The notes under the pieces were generated by a model. The model was not told the DNA's origin, ran no database searches, and saw only the letters and a program-made list of their open reading frames with translations. DNA of 64,000 nt. Source: Balanoglossus misakiensis (taxonomy: Eukaryota; Animalia; Hemichordata). The first letter of the stretch is position 1. Every line of letters starts with the position of its first letter. The stretch lies in assembly GCA_040954595.2 (NCBI GenBank), contig CM082577.2, forward strand, positions 10,565,846 to 10,629,845, in the 5' to 3' direction. This document shows positions 60,801-64,000 of the stretch, one piece after another. Made by a program: the position numbers and the translations under genes.

Positions 60801-63098
60801 ACCTCTCCAAAACTAATCTTCAATCTCAAGGGCCAAAAGAACACATGTTCAGAATCTAAGTACATGTGCGTCTGAGCTCAACATGGGAGAATGAACATAT
60901 TATTTATTTCTGCGTGTGACCGAAGTTCATTATAGAATAACATTCTGGTTCAGGTCTGTATGACATCTGACATTTTTAAATTCTTGCAAAAAGTGTATGA
61001 CTTGACCATTTAGTATATGTTTTTGTACTAAAGTATTGAACAATTAGCTAATCAATATTCATATAAATTACGGTTTTAATGGAAAGACTGACTACAAATT
61101 ACCTAATTAGTTATCAATTCATTTTAAATAACAGTTTGAAATCTAACAAAAGTTAATCAAAAACAATTTGCAAATACCGGTACATGTAGCTATTAGAGAC
61201 TACATGTACATTAATTAACAATTTATAATTTATGATTTAAATTTGATCGATTTATTAGTGTAAGATCTTCAACATAAGGCAAACTTATTGCTTTGTTTTT
61301 ATTTCAAGAGTTGTCCTGAAAGTACCTTAAATCATTTCACCACTTTTTTATCTCTTTTTTTCATCAACCTGCAGCTGCCATTTGCAATTTCATTTTGGCA
61401 GCCATTTTGAATTTCCAGCATCCAATTTCAGACTATTTGATTCTCACCAAAACTTTCCATGGTGATGGTGATCCTCTTTAAAAAAGAGAACAAAGTCTGT
61501 TTCCTTGAGCAAATGTCTTGAAGTAAAACTTGACATGTTTTTTTTTTCATTTCTGGATGGATTATACTCCAAAGATCAGATTTAATCCTGGCATGCCGAT
61601 TGCCTGTGAATGGAGAAAACTGCAAACCATGAAGCCTGTAAGGATGCAGTAAATCTGGGATAAGAAGTTTTTCCATTAACTTTTCTACAGTTTAAGGCAA
61701 TCGTTTTGTTTCCCACATAAGCTGAACTCTTTGTGTTGACAAAGTCAAAGCATACACACACAAATTTCCAGCCTGTTTTAATCTCAGCCAGAAGTGTGTT
61801 CAAATCCTGCACCTCAGCTGAGCTGAGCTAATTTTGGAATTTTCTCCCTCCAGAAATACGAGAAATCCAACCGATCAATTTCTTTTTCAAAACTTAGAAT
61901 TCAATCCGAAACTTGACCACTAAATCCGAAACTTACAACTCGATCCAAGCTTCCTGCTCTTGGGTGGGAGAGTCTACCGGCATGGGATGGAATGACCCCG
62001 CCGACGACAGGCAGTCATTTCTGGACATCCTGACCCCTCCTGACCGTTGCTACGGGAACAGCCGACTCCGACTGACTTGTGCTTGATCACAAAATACTTA
62101 TATTAGGCGAGGCGCACAAAACCACCACAGTCATGACACAGCAGCAAAGACAACCTCCATTCTCAAACTTGCCAGTGCGCAGACACTAGGCATTAGACAG
62201 GGGGGAAACGCGGGGTATGGGGAATTTAATGTTGTACAGGCACTGATAAATAGGAAACTAATCCCGGAGATCTGCCCGACCAATCCCAGTGTTTTTGTGT
62301 GTTTTCATTGCACGGGCCTGTTTATTTGAACGCCTCGCAGAAAACCGGCATGTTGATTTGCGACTCACCCACCCCGGATAAAAATTCTTTGCTGTCATGG
62401 AGACTTCTATTCATCACCACCACTTCTCAGAATTTCAATAAACGTCATACTTCGACCAAGTCTACGTCTCCCGTCTAGAAGATCTTCAATTGTATGAACT
62501 CAAGTACCGCAATTACTTTGATTGAAATCAACTATATTAGGAAATGGTGATGTCACTGACACTAACAGTTATCCAAGTTTTAATATCCAAACTGCCCTGA
62601 ATGGAAAAAAAAATCTCAAAAAAGTCCCATCAGATTTTTGTGCTTTTTTGGAAAAAAAAAATTAAAAACAGTCTCAGAGAAGGAACTTGTGCATATACCG
62701 GTATATACAACACCAGTAACACTATACAGACTAATACACACAGATGCATTCTGAGTGACGTGATATAGAACAGATCTGCTATTAACACAACATTTTAAGG
62801 GCATCATTTCTCAAAAATGTCAGTTGCATTAAAATGAAAAAAACTCTTAAAATCCACATGAGGAACAGCGATTCGCATATCATGGGAGTTGACAGGTCCA
62901 TGATGATACGTACGGCAAACAGACAGAGACAGTTATATTCACTTACAACTTAAACGCAGCAGTCTCAAACGACGTCTGGCTGTAACAGTCATCGCTGTCA
63001 TCCTCCGCGTATGCACCATTGCGGTTGGTGATCAGCCCCACAAGTTCAAAGGAACTTCTGCCAGATCCACCGCGACTTCCGATACTGCTCTCTTCCAT
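39899..63098 (-). CDS. EF-hand + WD40-repeat protein (WDR49/WDY/EFCAB8-like, probably cilia/flagella-associated), ~1219 aa, 21 exons
   Basis: Exons 5'->3' on minus strand, all GT-AG and phase-compatible (3660 nt): 63098-62947, 56326-56080, 55400-55254, 53988-53926, 50229-50004, 49713-49667, 49104-48967, 48331-48143, 47571-47380, 46881-46618, 46320-46156, 45764-45612, 45129-44945, 44544-44395, 43876-43740, 43248-43097, 42218-42001, 41800-41754, 41493-41060, 40675-40529, 40105-39899 (TAG). EF loop DTSADGLVDWNE; WD repeats such as IATGNVDHYVRLWNPY..GH, VVTGADDSSIAVWD, LISGARNGTIKVWN, LATASFDGEIIVWS, ILSASTDQTARLWT. First exon and exact paralogue are less certain than the body. Confidence 0.88.
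45240..45324 (-). mobile_element. 85-bp piggyBac-like MITE, copy 3 (opposite orientation)
   Basis: TTAA TSD on both sides; reverse complement matches copy 1 (CCATGGTTCAGTCCAAA). Confidence 0.85.
47995..48072 (-). mobile_element. Degenerate piggyBac-like MITE, copy 4
   Basis: TTAACCTTTTCACC...AGAGGTTCAACTTTTCCATAGAAAACAATG...GTGAAAGGGGTTA, similar to copy 3. Confidence 0.65.
55026..55216 (+). mobile_element. TA-flanked MITE, 191 bp (same family as 28902)
   Basis: TA|CTGTAAAACACTTTATTTTCGCGA...TCGCGAAAATAAAGTGTTTCACAG|TA; lacks one 16-bp subterminal unit present in the 28902 copy. Confidence 0.85.
55254..56326 (-). CDS. N-terminal EF-hand exons (56326-56080, 55400-55254) of the WD40 gene
   Basis: MTLEEFKATIAGMLGTDDWNDQMESLFAK/VDTSADGLVDWNEFCTYM: helix-loop-helix with canonical DxSxDGxVxxxE loop. 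Confidence 0.88.
55441..55454. promoter_or_regulatory. RFX X-box motif
   Basis: GTTTCCATGGCAAC fits the GTNNCCATGGNAAC consensus; intronic in a probable ciliary gene. Confidence 0.5.
55838..56047 (+). repeat. Diverged local duplication (~75 bp units near 55838 and 55972)
   Basis: TTTTTCTGCTG..ATATCT..ATATCATTTCTT.ATGA.AT..CACAAA.TGT.TTTTA.GAGCTT occurs twice. Confidence 0.6.
62046..62059. promoter_or_regulatory. RFX X-box motif in the 5' region of the WD40 gene
   Basis: GTTGCTACGGGAAC in a locally GC-rich segment between the two candidate first exons. Confidence 0.45.
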
Positions 63099-64000
63099 TT
63101 TTTTGGGACGTCCACGAGTCCTCTCCCACAAACAGACGGGGGAGTTTCTCTTTTCAAAACACCGAAAGCTCTCCCAAAGCCGGTCGTTGTGTGTGTGTTT
63201 CTCTCTCTACATTAGACAGTGACTCTGCATACATAAACTTTGGGGCCACATTGTATGACAATAGCATACATTGCAAGTAAGACATGTTGCTGGGGGGGAC
63301 ACCGCTTGGTTGAGTAGAAACGGGACAAACCACTACTCACCAGAGGGGTGGCCTAGCAGCTGTACTCCCCAAAAACAAAATAATTCGCAAAACACATCAA
63401 ACGGTTGGACATACAGCACTCCTGTGACCAACGCGATATCAAACTCGGACTTATCAGTGAGCCAATAGTTATACCAGCCTGAAACAGCAACACCCCTGGT
63501 CGACGAATGCTGAACCCCCCTGCAACCAGAATGGTTGAACCGGGGAGTGAATTTGCCCAAGAGGCTGCAGACAAGAAATCTTTTCCAAACCTTTTCAGCA
63601 ACACGGGGGTAAATATTGACTAAACCTCAATGCATGAGACGGCGAATAGAATTTAGACACCAGAGCAAATACTCTGCAATTTTTCAATCGGCTGCCAGAG
63701 AATAAAACCACTGTTAGACTGTTGTTAGGAAAAAATTCCATCAGTGTGCGTTTCACCCGTCACGGACATGCGTTAATGGTAATGAAAAAAAAATTCACAA
63801 ATAACATTTCAATAGGAAACAGTTCTTAATACAAAACGTACATTCTCAGCTGGTCTGCCACTTGGATGATATAGTTAAGATGTGCATTTGGCTTCCTTTT
63901 CACTGAAGATAAATTTTGCAAATCTTCAAGTTTTTATGACAAGAAAGAATTAATTTTCAACAGTTTTCATTTATTGTCATTCATTTAAAATGCACTCAAA

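Noticed and set aside
61779-61832. TAATCTCAGC resembling miR-216 in a weak hairpin
   Set aside because: 3' half diverges from the family and pairing is irregular

Overview
Eukaryotic, intron-rich metazoan DNA (repeat types and gene content suggest an invertebrate bilaterian; the taxon cannot be fixed from sequence alone), so most ORFs in the supplied track are exon fragments or noise. Two large spliced genes converge on a ~2 kb gap. (1) + strand: a BAHCC1/TNRC18 (Drosophila winged eye)-family chromatin reader. I can chain 28 phase-consistent exons from 14284 to 35195 (~3170 codons; AT-hooks, coiled coil, Tudor-like region, C-terminal BAH domain). Its 5' exons were not found, so 1-14283 is probably a long intron rich in enhancer-like DNA. 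One intron must be GC-AG. (2) - strand: a ~1219-aa EF-hand + WD40 protein of the WDR49/WDY/EFCAB8-like group, 21 exons from 63098 to 39899, with many RFX X-box-like motifs and a possible alternative first exon. Between the two 3' ends lies an intact single U2 snRNA gene (38359-38546) with octamer/PSE/3'-box-like elements and U in place of the usual A30. Just upstream of it a TIR element is nested in a solo-LTR-like element. Several MITE families (TTAA piggyBac-like, TA-flanked, Kolobok-like) and microsatellites occur in introns. No CRISPR, tRNA, rRNA or transposase was seen. I found no convincing wholly new biological system; the best leads are the U2 variant locus, a MITE sitting exactly at the junction of a ~120-bp duplication, candidate regulated splicing events, and an intronic hairpin.
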